Shown here: positions 26,779 to 38,475 of the stretch, piece by piece
Layout: each line of letters opens with the position of its first letter
Numbering within the stretch: the first letter of the stretch is position 1
DNA from: Zootoca vivipara
Lineage: Eukaryota
NCBI RefSeq assembly: GCF_963506605.1
Contig: NC_083284.1
Coordinates: 29,574,001-29,638,000 of the forward strand
Direction of reading: 5' to 3'
DNA: 64,000 nt
Notes under the pieces: model-generated
Told to the model about the DNA's origin: nothing
Databases searched by the model: none
Seen by the model: the letters and a program-made list of their open reading frames with translations, nothing else
Translations under genes and position numbers: made by a program

Positions 26779-27551
26779 TATTGAAATTATCCTTCCACAA
26801 TCCAATATATCATGCCCATATTATATCCAACAGAAAAACCCAATGATGTGTTCCCTACAGCTAGCAATAATGTGGTTATTGTTATGTTATACAACTTTAC
26901 TAGTTGTATTACTAGTAATAGGCAGCAAAAAACCCCAGCATTGTTCCTGGATGCCCAGCTTATATTTTTAGCCCAAAATAGATTTGCCCACCTCTAACTG
27001 GTGTGCCAGTCCCTATCTGGCTTATGACCACACATGCCCTTTTATATCCAAATGGAAAGGCATTCTCTGTCTGCAAATGGTGGAAGCAGTGTTGGTGGGG
27101 GCAGGGTATAGTCAGGCTAGTTTAAAGGAGGCTGTACCCTCTTTGCATGGTGGGGCAGCTGAATCACTGCAGCTTACTGGGTGCCATTGCCATTCTAAGA
27201 GAATTTGGGAGGTGTTCATGGTTGGTTCTGGCACCTCTTTTTCTAGAAAAATAGCACTGGACAGGTGCATGTTTTATCTGTTAAGGTCCTAAATGGAAAC
27301 TAGCGTAACAAAGGACCACTTTATCCCACAAAAGCCTATTTGGTAAGATCTTCATCAATAGCCTTCCCAGAGCGCATCTACTGACTGAAGTGAGACTGCA
27401 GGTGACAGGAAAAATGGCCCTTTTATTTACTGTCCTTTCCCATCCTTCCACTAGACCTCTCTTTTCTTATCGCTTTTAGAAAGGACCTGGAAATGTTGCT
27501 TTTTCCCTTCTAGTTTTAATATGCCTTGATGCCTTTGCAATCATGTAAAAC

Positions 27552-27890
27552 GGCGCTGTGGTTAAACCACTGAGCCTAGGGCTTGCTGATCAGAAGGTCG
27601 GCGGTTTGAATCCCTGCGACGGGGTGAGCTCCCGTTGCTCGGTCCCAGCTCCTGCCAACCTAGCAATTCGAAAGCACGTCAAAATGCAAGTAGATGAATA
27701 GGAACCGCTACAGCGGGAAGGTAAACGGCGTTTCCATGTGCTGCTCTGGTTTGCCAGAAGCAGCTTTGTCATGCTGGCCACATGACCTGGAAGCTATACG
27801 CTGGCTCCCTCGGCCAATAATGCGAGATGAGCGCGCAACCCCAGAGTCGGTCACGACTGGACCTAATGGTCAGGGGTCCCTTTACCTTTA
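27552..27890 (+). mobile_element. Sauria SINE
   Basis: GGCGCTGTGGTTAAACCACTGAGCC head, GGTTTGAATCC B box, GGGGTCCCTTTACCTTTA tail. Confidence 0.9.
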
Positions 27891-28255
27891 TTGCTTTAAA
27901 GAATGAATTGGCAAACCAGTGTCTGCAGGCACTGGCACATCTGCCGTTGCCTCCTATGGTTGCCTGCAAAAGGTCTCAGTAAACAGCTCCTCATAAATGC
28001 ACAATATGGCATGCCTACACTGTTTCTGTGTTTTTTTCCTGCTCTTCTAGATATAACAGCCATGTTTTGTTATGCCACGCCCTAAAGCTGCCATTTTGTA
28101 TTATGCCACATTCCTATGGCAGACATCACACATACCCCTGGCTACCATTTTGTGACTGGCACACACCACACATCCCCTAAATTCAAAATGTGCTCACAGG
28201 CTTAAAAAGATTGATGAAGAAACCAGATCTACCAACAGAAACTGTCCTCAGTGAA

Positions 28256-28350
28256 AACAAAATAAAAAAAAATTCCTTCCAGTAGCACCTTAGAGACTAA
28301 TTTTGTCATTGGTCTGAACTTTCGTGTGCATGCACACTTCTTCAGATACA
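28256..28350 (-). mobile_element. Penelope-type terminal-repeat fragment
   Basis: Homologous to the arms of 36326-36529. Flanked by TCCTCAGT(G/A)AA repeats. Confidence 0.7.
28312..28349 (-). ncRNA. Degenerate minimal type I hammerhead ribozyme motif
   Basis: Minus strand GTAT-CTGAAGA-A-GTGTG-CATG-CACAC-GAAA-GT-TC-AGAC. Core intact; stem I and stem III each carry a substitution relative to 36375-36412. Confidence 0.55.
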
Positions 28351-29233
28351 TCCTCAGTAAATTACAACCAGATACGTCCTCAGTAAATTACAATTTATCC
28401 AGGACTCAGAAGTTACCTTGGTAGAACCATTTCAACCTGACCTCATCTGTTCAACACAGAATTTTAAATAGTATAGATATATCTAAACATACTTAGAAAA
28501 AATGAATGTCACAGATTCGAAGACACAGTTTTCAAGCCTGAAAGGGTTTCTGCTTACTGTAGCTTGAAATAAATCACTCACATTTTAGTGTTTTCTTCTT
28601 GGCTCTGCCCAAGTCCACACTCTCAGCAATTCACTACTTCCTGCAACAATCTAACACCATCCCACTATGAAACAAAAGCAAAACAAGACTGAACAGCTAT
28701 CTTTCCTGGAATTATATTGCTATTGCAGATGGTGAGTTGATTCGAGTCTCTGAATTCCACAGCATTTTCCATTACTGTGCTTGGCCCCATAGCCACATAA
28801 TCGTAAGTACAAAAACACTGTCATCTCATTTCCCTTGGCTTAAGTACTGCGATTTGTACCACTCACTAAAATGCAGGCACTTCTCCCCCCCCCCTTTTAA
28901 ATTTGATATTTCAATACCATCCACCAGCTCTTCTGGCTACTTCAAAAATTTCCCCAGTCACAGTTGCCGTTCCCACCCTATGCTCACTTTTAGGCTGGAT
29001 TTTTCAGTATGCTGTGCAAGATATAACCATTTCACCACACAATATGAAAGTGTGATTCACTGCCATATGAATACAAGCACATTACTTAAGCTTTGTGCTC
29101 AAGAGACATGCAAGTTACATATTCATATCATGCTGAAGCCTTATTAAAATTGTTAGTATTTGACTAAATGGTAAATAGCACCCTTAATTCAACATGAATA
29201 GTATGCAAGCAAATTCACATCATTTACTTCATG

Positions 29234-29335
29234 ATTTTATTAGTTTTCTATGCCACCCTTCATCCAAGGATCACAGGGCGGTTTAAAATATAAAAACACA
29301 AAAATACACAACATAGTAACAAACAAAAACAATGT
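29234..29335 (-). mobile_element. Short L2-like 3' end
   Basis: TTTATTAGTTTTCTATGCCACCCTTCATCCAAGGATCACAGGGCGGTTTA, a stem-loop type LINE terminus. Confidence 0.5.
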
Positions 29336-29661
29336 CCTCACTGTATTATTTTATTTATTAAGAACTGTGGTGAGCTTGGTGGTGTGGCTTAGCGAGTGGA
29401 CCTAGGTGAAGCCTACACACACACAGGTTTTACTCTGATCCACTCCCTGGGCATAAAAGGCCAGGCAAATCTCAAATGCTTGTCCTGTGTTGATTGCAAT
29501 CTCACCTGGGGCTTGCTGCCCGTGATTGCTCTGCACCTTGGGCCTGCAATATTACAACTATGGAATACTATTTTTAATGCTTTGTGGTTGTTAATGTTTT
29601 ATTTTTAGTGCTTTTGTACTGTATGGGAGACTGATTTGACTGAAAAGGGGCTGAAAAAGTG

Positions 29662-29680
29662 AATAATAATAATAATAATG

Positions 29681-29710
<30 letters not shown>
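29662..29710. repeat. (AAT)n microsatellite
   Basis: Direct inspection. Confidence 0.95.
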
Positions 29711-29712
<2 letters not shown>

Positions 29713-29784
29713 GACTGTAAGGGATACTCTTTCAATTAGAAATTCATATTACAGTTATTATCCAATAATAGAACATATAATCTA

Positions 29785-29950
29785 CTGTATTTACTCAAAT
29801 GTAATGCGCACCTTTTTTAGCCAAATTATGTCACAAAAGTTAGGGCACACATTAGATTTGACGGTGCCAGCAAATACTTCTTTGCTTTCAAGGTTTTGAA
29901 AATTGAGGCGCGCATTAGATTCAATGGCGCATTAGATAGCATAAATACAG
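29785..29950. mobile_element. pogo/Tc2-like MITE relic
   Basis: TA|CTGTATTTACT...CATAAATACAG termini, with subterminal TAATGCGC/GCGCATTAGAT repeats. Confidence 0.6.
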
Positions 29951-31113
29951 AAGGTTATTAAACATAATTGCAATTTATTTTTGTATTTGTTGTATTTTAC
30001 ATTATGATTTGGATTTTATGACTGCTTGACAGTCAACTTCCATATTCTGTTTCAATGAATTCTGCAGCTCCACCTTGGACCCTGGCCAACCCAGGAACTG
30101 CCAGAATACCCTGAGCGCTGATCCTCTCCTGAGATTTTCCAGCCCATCACTGTCAAGGAGGACAGCCAGCCACAGAGGAAGCATTCAAGTTCTGGCAGCA
30201 CTTTTCAGACATCCAGCTGCAATATGCATCAAACTGCTATTGATGCAGTCTGATGCAGAAGGTTGGAAGAAGCAGTTGCTGCTGTATGGGTCTCAAAGGA
30301 TAAGAGCATGCCTACAAGGCAGCTGACTGCAGTCACATTTTGACACTGTAGCACATAATCAGATGTACTGAGTAAGTGGTCCTGGAAAAATCTGGAGCCT
30401 TTCCTCTCAGCACGAAATGTGAGAACTTGGCCATGCACTGATTTTGCTTGCAGTTGTCTTCATCAGATGTATGAATTGGATGGAGACTAGCTAGGCTGAA
30501 ATCCCTTGCAGGCAGTCATAGTAGACCTACTACAGCAAGTAAAACATGTTAAGGACCCATTGCCATTAGTCCATAAGTTCTGTTCAACCAACATCTGAAT
30601 GGCTCTCTTCATCTAAGGCTGCTGACCTAAGTTAATCACATCTTTTAATATTTCCTAATACTTTAGCAAACAATTCACATTAAAGTGAGTAGGGCTGAAT
30701 ACCTCTTAACTTCTCATTAAACCAAGTTGGGATTGGGTTCTGCAATGAGAAACTGATCCTTTCGTGTCATTGGCCCAGTTTGGGGGAATAATCTTGCCAA
30801 TAGAGATTCAGCGGGTGCCTTAGGTGCCAACTTTTAAATGCCTGCTGAAAACTTTTTTATCCTGCCAGGCCTATGCAGGCAATTAAGAGTACATCAATCA
30901 CAATGGTCTGTTGATGTCTGCTTTTAATTTCTTTTTGCCTTTGACATGTTTTTAACATTTTATGATGTTATTGTTTGGTTTTATGTTTTTATACTGCAAA
31001 CTGCTATGATATATGATATCTATTTATGATACAGCAGTATATAAGCAATTTCTAAATAAATGAATGACATATTTCTTGATGACAATAAGCTGGCCGAGGA
31101 AAATAATTATATA

Positions 31114-31625
31114 CAGGGGTACCTTGGTTCTCAAACTTAATCCGTTCCGGAAGCCTGTTCCAAAACCAAAGCGTTCCAAAACCAAGACGTGCTTTCTCAT
31201 AGAATGTAATGCAAAATGGATTAATCTCTTCCAGACTTTTAAAAACAACCCCTAAGCTAAAAGAGCAATTTAACATGAATTTTACTATCTAATGAGACCA
31301 TTGATCCATAAAATGAAAGCAATAAACAAATTACTGGAGTCACACAATCAATCAATCAATCAATCAATCAGTAACTGAACTGGGTTCCATAGTCACAAAA
31401 AAGCCGCAAAAACAAAAATGCAAAATAAATAGCAAAAACAGACAGACATCAGTGCAACACTCAAAAAAATAGGTGTGGCACTCAAATCGGAAGCATAACA
31501 CTGAAAACGGAGCATGTTCGGCTTCTGAAAAAAGTCCGCAAACTAGAACACTTACTTCTGTGTTTGCAGTGTTTGGGTTCCAAGTTGTTTGAGTACCAAG
31601 GCGTTTGAGAACCAAGGTACCACTG
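31114..31625. mobile_element. Tc1/mariner-pogo (Tigger-like) non-autonomous element
   Basis: TA|CAGGGGTACCTTGGTTCTCAAAC...GTTTGAGAACCAAGGTACCACTG|TA (23-bp TIR, 1 mismatch). Internal (CAAT)n. Confidence 0.9.
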
Positions 31626-31664
31626 TAGTCCGAACCGTAGTCCATTGAAATATAGGAATGACAC

Positions 31665-31823
31665 TGACCATTTATTTCACTAGCTCACTATTGTCTACAA
31701 TGGCTGGCAGCAATTCTCCATGGTATCAGACATGAAGGCTTCTCTAGACCTCAGGAGACCTCAGGAAATGAACCTGGGACCTGTAATATGCAAAGCATGA
31801 TCTCTCCCACTGAGCTATAGCCC
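31665..31823 (-). mobile_element. tRNA-Ala-derived SINE (degenerate)
   Basis: Minus strand GGGCTATAGCTCAGTGGGAGAG...GCTTTGCATA...GGTCCCAGGTTCATTTCC, followed by a non-tRNA body. Confidence 0.65.
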
Positions 31824-31955
31824 TTCAGTAGGAGGACAACCCATAATTATTTACTGTATGTAGCTGCAATGGTTTTGTCCTGACTGTAACATCAACACCA
31901 CCACTTTATCCTAATACTATAGAAGCACAAACACTATTATAATACTTTACATATT

Positions 31956-32520
31956 AGATATTTTACTTTCTTGGGTTCCATGATCACTGCAGATGGTGAC
32001 AGCAGTCACAAAATTAAAAGACGCCTGCTGGAGAAAAGCGACGACAAACCTAGACAGCATCTTAAAAAGCAGAGACATCAACTTGCCGACAAAGGTCCAT
32101 ATAGTTAAAGCTATGGTTTTCCCTGTAGTGATGTATGGAAGTGAGAGCTGGACCATAAAGAAGGCTGTTCGCCGAAGAATTGATGTTTTTGAATTATGGT
32201 GCCGGAGGAGACTCTTGAGAGTCCCATGGACTGCAAGAAGATCAAACCTATCCATTCTGAAGGAAATCAGCCCTGAGTGCTCCCTGGAAGGACAGGTCGT
32301 GAAGCTGAGGCTCCAATACTTTGGCCACCTCATGAGAAGTGTTGGGAAAGATGGAGGGCACAAGGAGAAGGCGATGACAGTGGACGAGATGGTTGGACAG
32401 TGTTCTCAAAGCTACCAACATGAGTTTGACCAAGCTGAAGGAGGCAGTAGAAGAAAGGAGTGCCTGGCGTGCTCTGGTCCATAGGGTCACGAAAAGTCCG
32501 ACATGACTAAACAACAACAA
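31956..32520 (+). mobile_element. BovB LINE 3' fragment with internal deletions
   Basis: ORF 31993-32484 contains NLDSILKSRDI.LPTKV.IVKAMVFPVVMYGSESW...RLQYFGHLMR. Ends with (CAA)n. Confidence 0.95.
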
Positions 32521-32665
32521 AGATCTATTCCTGCATATTCAAAGTATTTTCTCATCTCAATCATCCTTACAAGATGCCCACATTATTATGCCCAATATTA
32601 CACATATGGTGGTGGTGTACTGAGGCTGAAACAATCGTGGCTTTAAAGGCTGCAATCCTATATAT

Positions 32666-32804
32666 CAGGGATAGTCAACATGGTGCCCTCTAGATGTTAT
32701 TGGGTTACAGTTCCCATCCTCCCTAACCACTGGCCATTGTGATTGGATCCATTGAGAGTTTGAATCCATCAACATCTGGGGGACACCACATTGAGCTATC
32801 CCTA
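32666..32804. mobile_element. Old palindromic hAT-type MITE inside an older palindromic repeat (about 32650-32885)
   Basis: CAGGGATAG...CTATCCCT termini and TACAGTTCCCATC internal motif shared with 46586, 53254 and 56826. Confidence 0.6.
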
Positions 32805-34194
32805 ATATAAACACTTCCCAAGAAGTAAGTCCCATTGAACTCACTGGGGTTTACCTCTGAATAGACATGCACAGGATTGTATTGTAAGGTAATCAGTGAA
32901 TGAGCGGCTCAGGTAGGTAAGAGTTGAACCAAGGATTTCCTGGCTTCTGTCACCAAGCTACATCAAACTCTTGTTGGGTCATCTTTGGTGCAGAATGCGA
33001 ATTGGTATTGAGCCCTATTATTATTATTCTTTTTAAAGATTAAGACATATTAACAATATGATTTGCTGACAGAAATGTTTTATAATATGGGAATATGCGT
33101 TACTGATGTGTAGAATTTAAACAGTCATGTAGATTCACATGGACGTTCCTTATTATTTTAGCAAAGTGCAGATGAGACATTAATGTCATCTTGAAGGAGT
33201 TTCAGCTTTTGAGATCAAGAGCAGCAGAAAAAGATTTCCAGTTGTTGGGAATCTGAGATTTTAGCAATTTCTATTTATATAATATTTACCACTAGCTGAG
33301 GAAAAAGCCCCTTCTCCTGCCAATATCAGGGGAAAATGTCTACATAAATTAAGGCCTAGAACTATTTTGGTTTAGAATTTGTAACAAATCTTCTGGGAAC
33401 TTAGAAACCTTGTTGTTTTGTGGCATTCCTTCCCTCCCCTAATATGCTCTAATGAATGATATTGAAAGATAAGAAATGTCTGTTTCTGAAAACAGCTGGC
33501 TTGGGTTTGGTTCTTTGGAAGTACATTATAAAGTCCTGGTTTAAAACCAAGAAGTTAAATAGGAAGACTTCCAAATCAGTTCTATCCTTCTGATATTAAT
33601 TAAACTAGTTTATATCTAGAAGAAAGATAAAACTGTAACCAGTACAAAATTACTTGATAGCCACTGTTGCATTTTCAAATACAATGTAAGCATTTAACAC
33701 CTCAGTTGGCAACAATATTAGTTTGGTTTTAGCTGTATTAGCTCTGCTGACTTCAGCAAGACAATCCATTTAAATCCAAGTACTATTCCATTGTGGACTA
33801 TGCTGGTAGAATCTGGGACCTCATCCTAAATATATGTTCCTGCAAGTGAACTCTAAGGCTCCAACTACATAGATGTACATTGGTCCCCTCCCCTTATGTA
33901 AGCACATATTTTAGGTCCTTCTCCTGTTGCAATCCTATAGCAACCTACCCTAACGCTCTGAACAGGTCTTTGGGCATATCCAGTGGGGCACAGGAGGGTG
34001 AGAGGAAAGGGCTGTTTCATAAGCTTTCCAGTCATGTAATTGTTGAATGCAACTGATTCTTTCTTGCATTTTCATTTGTTGAAGAAAGCCACAAGTATTG
34101 GGTTGGATCCTAAGAATTATGAGCAGACCTTTTTTTTGCGGAAGTCAACTTTCCCATCTTCTCCATCCTACTGCAGCCCCCTGAAAAGCTGGGA

Positions 34195-34452
34195 CTTTTC
34201 CAGATGACCTATTTATTCGGCGCAGTCTCTACTGAGAGATGACTCTAATGTTATGGTACAATTTTTGTACCATATGGTACAATTTTGACCAGGATCTTTG
34301 AAGTTAATTCTGGGGTAGTTTGGCCTGTATAATAGTGAATGCCGAGGATTCCCTCTTTACTGTATGTTTTAGAATTATAACACATATGGGTGGTCTATAT
34401 GGTTTTTATTCTTATATATGCCAATAAAGGTGTTGAATTGAATTGAATTGAA
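34195..34452 (+). mobile_element. Unclassified non-LTR retroelement 3' end
   Basis: AATAAAGG followed by a (TTGAA)4 tail. Similar terminus AATAAAGTGTTTGGAATTGA near 50181-50201. Confidence 0.45.
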
Positions 34453-35667
34453 CTGGCGATTTGCTTGCGGAACATTTTACACATCTTTCCTCTAGTCATT
34501 CACTCATCCCACACTTTTCGGTGCATTTTCCATTAAGTTTCCAAACCTCAAGGAGTCCAATTCTCCCCCCACCCCAAGCGGATTAGAGGAACAGAACCCA
34601 TTAATTCACTTTAATTGCACAATCCTAGGCTGTGTACACACCAGACTTTTAAAGTGCATTTAAAGTACCTTTCCCCCACCCAAAGAGGGCACTGTAGTTT
34701 GTTAAGGGTGCTGGGAACTGGAGCTCTGTGAGGGGCTAAACTACAGTTCCCCAAATTCTTCTTCTTCTTCTTTTTTTGAGATGCAAAAAAAAATGCTTCT
34801 CATCTATGTGCTTGAATCCCTCCCAGGCAATGCTCAAAGTTTTGAACTATCCTTAGTGTGGGATATGGCACTTGAGAAAGGAATTGAGATAAATCAGGGG
34901 CACCCCCTTGTATGCGTAGAGTGTATTTCCCACTCTCACAAGAGGCCCTTTGGAGTCAACCCAATGACTGCATATATAGCACATACTGAGAAGATTAGTA
35001 TAATCCATGACAAAAAGAAAAACACCAGCACTCTTCAGACTAATTAGACCTCTTATACATTACTATTTTCTGACAGTAGTTGGAACTCCAGCTGTATGCC
35101 ACCAGTTGAGTTAACTCCTTTGAGGAGTGTTGACATGACCAAGAACTGCGGTGGATATCAGCAATCATTATAACTACTGCTCTGAACGGGAACGTGTCAT
35201 ATCGCTGAAAGGGAATCCCATAATATGCATGTCTAATATTAACTCCCTTGAGAATGAGGTGCAGCAGTATATCAAGAGGAATTATAGTTCTCTTGATTTA
35301 TTCTTCACAGTGATAAGAGACAACTAATAGTTGTTGTTTTTTAAAAATTGCCATTATTGATATTTGGTTCTATAAGTAGGGCCTGGAGGAGTTGTCCACA
35401 TAAGCAGTGTCTGAAAGTTTCAGGGAAGACTATTGTTGGATGAGAAGGACTGATGTGATTGTTTCCAACTATTAACATGAGAACAGGAGGGGCTGCGCCG
35501 CAAAGAAGCAGCTCTTGTGCTGCAGGAGTATGTACGAATGTGGCCTAAATTAAGGGAATTAAACTGTGCATGAAGCATACCAAATCATGCACTAACATTA
35601 CTTCTCAGTGGTGCCTAGAAACTAATTTAAAGACATGGTTCTTTCTTGTATTCATAGCACTCCAGAA

Positions 35668-35738
35668 ATCTGCATTGCAGGGGTTGCGCTATATGACTTT
35701 TGGGGTCCCTTCCCACTTCCAGCTCTACTATTCTGTGA
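35668..35738 (+). mobile_element. CR1 3' terminal fragment
   Basis: CTGCATTGCAGGGGTTG...GGTCCCTTCC...ATTCTGTGA resembles 12881-12948. Confidence 0.6.
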
Positions 35739-36325
35739 AACTATATAAGGAATTGCTTGCTTCCCCTCACTTCAAAATTCACTGCATGTAAAATGATATA
35801 CAATGGAGAGGTTTTGAATAGCCATCCATTTTGGTTAAACAAGTTGGAGAAGTGTTTTTAAATGCTGCTTCTATCATGTGGAATGTCACCACCATATAGA
35901 AGCAATTTCCCCCAAATATGAGGGGTTTGAAACATTTGGATCAACGCTAACCATCCTTGCACTGAGGCCTCAGTTTGCTGTTGTGTTTTCATATTGGAGT
36001 TCCTGGCCATTGGTTTCTGCCCTGGTTCCTTTAAGCCAACACTCACATCCTATCCCCCTAACTGGTTTCTCTTCTTACCTTCCTTGTCCACTTCATGGAT
36101 TTACTTTCAAATGCCTCCAAGGTCTAACTCCTTTATAGATAAACTTATCTTCTTTCTGCATATAGTCTTCCTTGGACCTGTTCCTCTATGGGATGGATGG
36201 GTAAGCTGTGGCCCTCTGGATGATGGGCTCCACCAGCCCCACCCAGCATGTCAGGGATGATGGGAGTTGTAGTCCAATAACAGCTAAAGGGACATCCCTG
36301 TTCTATGGCTATCAAGTTTCTTTTT

Positions 36326-36529
36326 AAAAAATTCCTTCAGTAGCACCTTAAAGACCAACTAAGTTTATATTTTGGTATGAGCTTTCGTGTGCATGCACAC
36401 TTCTTCAGATACACACGCATGCACACGAAAGCTCATACCAAAATATAAACTTAGTTGGTCTTTAAGGTGCTACTGAAGGAATTTTTTTATTTTGCTTCGA
36501 CTCAGACCAACACGGCTACCTACCTGTAA
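36326..36529. mobile_element. Penelope-type terminal repeat inserted as an inverted (fold-back) pair
   Basis: Perfect 71-bp inverted repeat (36326-36396 / 36417-36487) with a 20-nt spacer and a short tail. Exact 13-bp TSD CAAGTTTCTTTTT (36313-36325, 36530-36542). Contains a hammerhead motif. Confidence 0.8.
36375..36412 (-). ncRNA. Minimal type I hammerhead ribozyme motif
   Basis: Minus strand GTAT-CTGAAGA-A-GTGTG-CATG-CACAC-GAAA-GC-TC-ATAC: stem I GUAU/AUAC, CUGANGA box, extra A, 5-bp stem II, GAAA box, palindromic AGCU stem III, UC cleavage site. Confidence 0.75.
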
Positions 36530-37994
36530 CAAGTTTCTTTTTGGTTTAACTACTGTATTCCATGCCTAGCTCCCTTTCCCCTTAAGTTTCATTCAATTGG
36601 AATGCCCTTCCACCGGACAGCCAACTCTCTTTCTCTGTTACTGCACTGTCAAGTATTTCAAGACACGACTATTTTCACTGGCTTTTCTCTGTTTTAAGTC
36701 ACTTAAATAACACAGATGGAGGCCAGAGAGAAAAGAAATACTGATTACACTTTACTGAGGAAACTGAATAAAAGCAGAAAAAGGAACAGAGAGGTTTCTC
36801 TCTTTTTTACCTCCTGCCCTGTACATAGCAGGTAGATATTCAATTAAACATACAGAGCAAAACTCCCTCAGAACTACACAGCCAATTAGAGCATATGCAA
36901 CCTCAATAAACATGCTACTCAGCTGGGTTGCTGAAGAACATCTCCCCCTTCCCCCACTTGGCTAGTTGATGTCAGCACTAATAGAATTACCCCTTTAATT
37001 CCACATAGAATAATCTCTGCTGTTGTTCTTTAGAAACTTTCAACTAATGCTGCTTTCCTTTCACTTCATTGTTCTTCCCTTCCTAATGTGTCTTGTCTTT
37101 ACATGAAAGGGAGGCCTACTTTATTCTTAACTTTCGTACTTCTAGGTCATTGAATATAAATATTATTTATATTTATGTGTCTCTTTGTTGTCTATTTTGA
37201 CTGATTTGTACTTTGACAATAATAAAAGCAATATTTAAAAATATTAAAAATAAAATATCTAATATATGGAAAAACTGCACAAAGGAACATTGGCTAACCA
37301 TTAAATTAAGCTGCAATGATAGCATCTGAAATGCAGTTTCATTGTAATGGCAATTAAAATCTGCTGAAGAAATAGTTTTCCATAATTTTCAAACGACAAA
37401 AGAGGCGGCTGCCTAAAACAGTGGCACATTCTTCCTGAGCATGTAGTACGTGTTGCAGCACGACTATATGTTTCTATTGCTCACTCTTTATTCTGCAAAT
37501 AATTGGTAATTATACATTGTCTGGAGCTATAAGCACTGTTAATTTATCATTGTCAAAGAGGGATTTGAAAGATTGAGCTATTTGTAAAATGTAGTTGGCA
37601 GAATTATAAACTAATGTCTCAGGAATCATCAGGGTTTTTTATTTATTTATTTTAAAGTCCTCATTTCCTTAGGAAATGACAGTATGCAAAGCTGTAACTT
37701 TTCTGTTTCCACTGCAGAATTGCCTTTTATTGGTGTTTCAGTAAAGTTGCAATTGCCTACATGAGTTTTAGTTAATGTGGTCTGAGGTTGTGGACAAAAT
37801 TCTTGTAGTTTCCAGTTCTATGAGACTTGTTCAACCTGGCTAGTTTTACCAGAGAACTTATTGAATCCTTTCTAAAGGAGAGATTTACTTTTTAGGATAC
37901 TTGATAGATCATAGGTTCTCGTCAAATACTGGTCAAACAGGACTTTTCTTCCATTGTTGTTGGATTTTTTTTGGACGGGGGGGGGGATGTTTTG

Positions 37995-38107
37995 GGGTGC
38001 CAGAACTCACCATGAACACCTCCCTTGTTCTCTTGGAATGGCAATGGCACCCACCTGAGAGGTGCCGGAACTGAGTTCTGGTGAGTTCTGGGTGAAAAAA
38101 AGCCCTG
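37995..38107. mobile_element. Partial copy of the hAT MITE at 61291-61413
   Basis: Shares GGTGCCAGAACTCACCATGAAC...GAGAGGTGCCGGAA...AAAAAAGCCCTG. Confidence 0.8.
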
Positions 38108-38424
38108 ATTTAAATGTTTGCAACTTTGTGCTTCTGAAGGATACTGTTTGCAGAATGTTGTAGGATCAATTGTCCTTTGTTTTATTAGTTTTTAATATTA
38201 GTCAATAATTCTTACTATTTCAATTATTATTACTCATTGTTATTAGGTCTGTTATCACTTATGATAAAGTTCCTTTGTCCTAGTTAGCCTCTTGGCTCAC
38301 ATAAATAATGTGAAACAGATAAGGCAAGGAGGGAATCGGAGTGGGCAGGATGACATTGGAATGGCTGTTCTATACTGCATTTCTGTACAACATTGGAAAG
38401 TCCAAAAAGGGCTAGCTGTATATT

Positions 38425-38425
<1 letters not shown>

Positions 38426-38471
<46 letters not shown>
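38426..38471. repeat. (GT)n microsatellite
   Basis: Direct inspection. Confidence 0.95.

Positions 38472-38475
<4 letters not shown>

Noticed and set aside
26531-26971. ORFs spanning N runs (also 39977-40491)
   Set aside because: Artefacts of translating assembly gaps.
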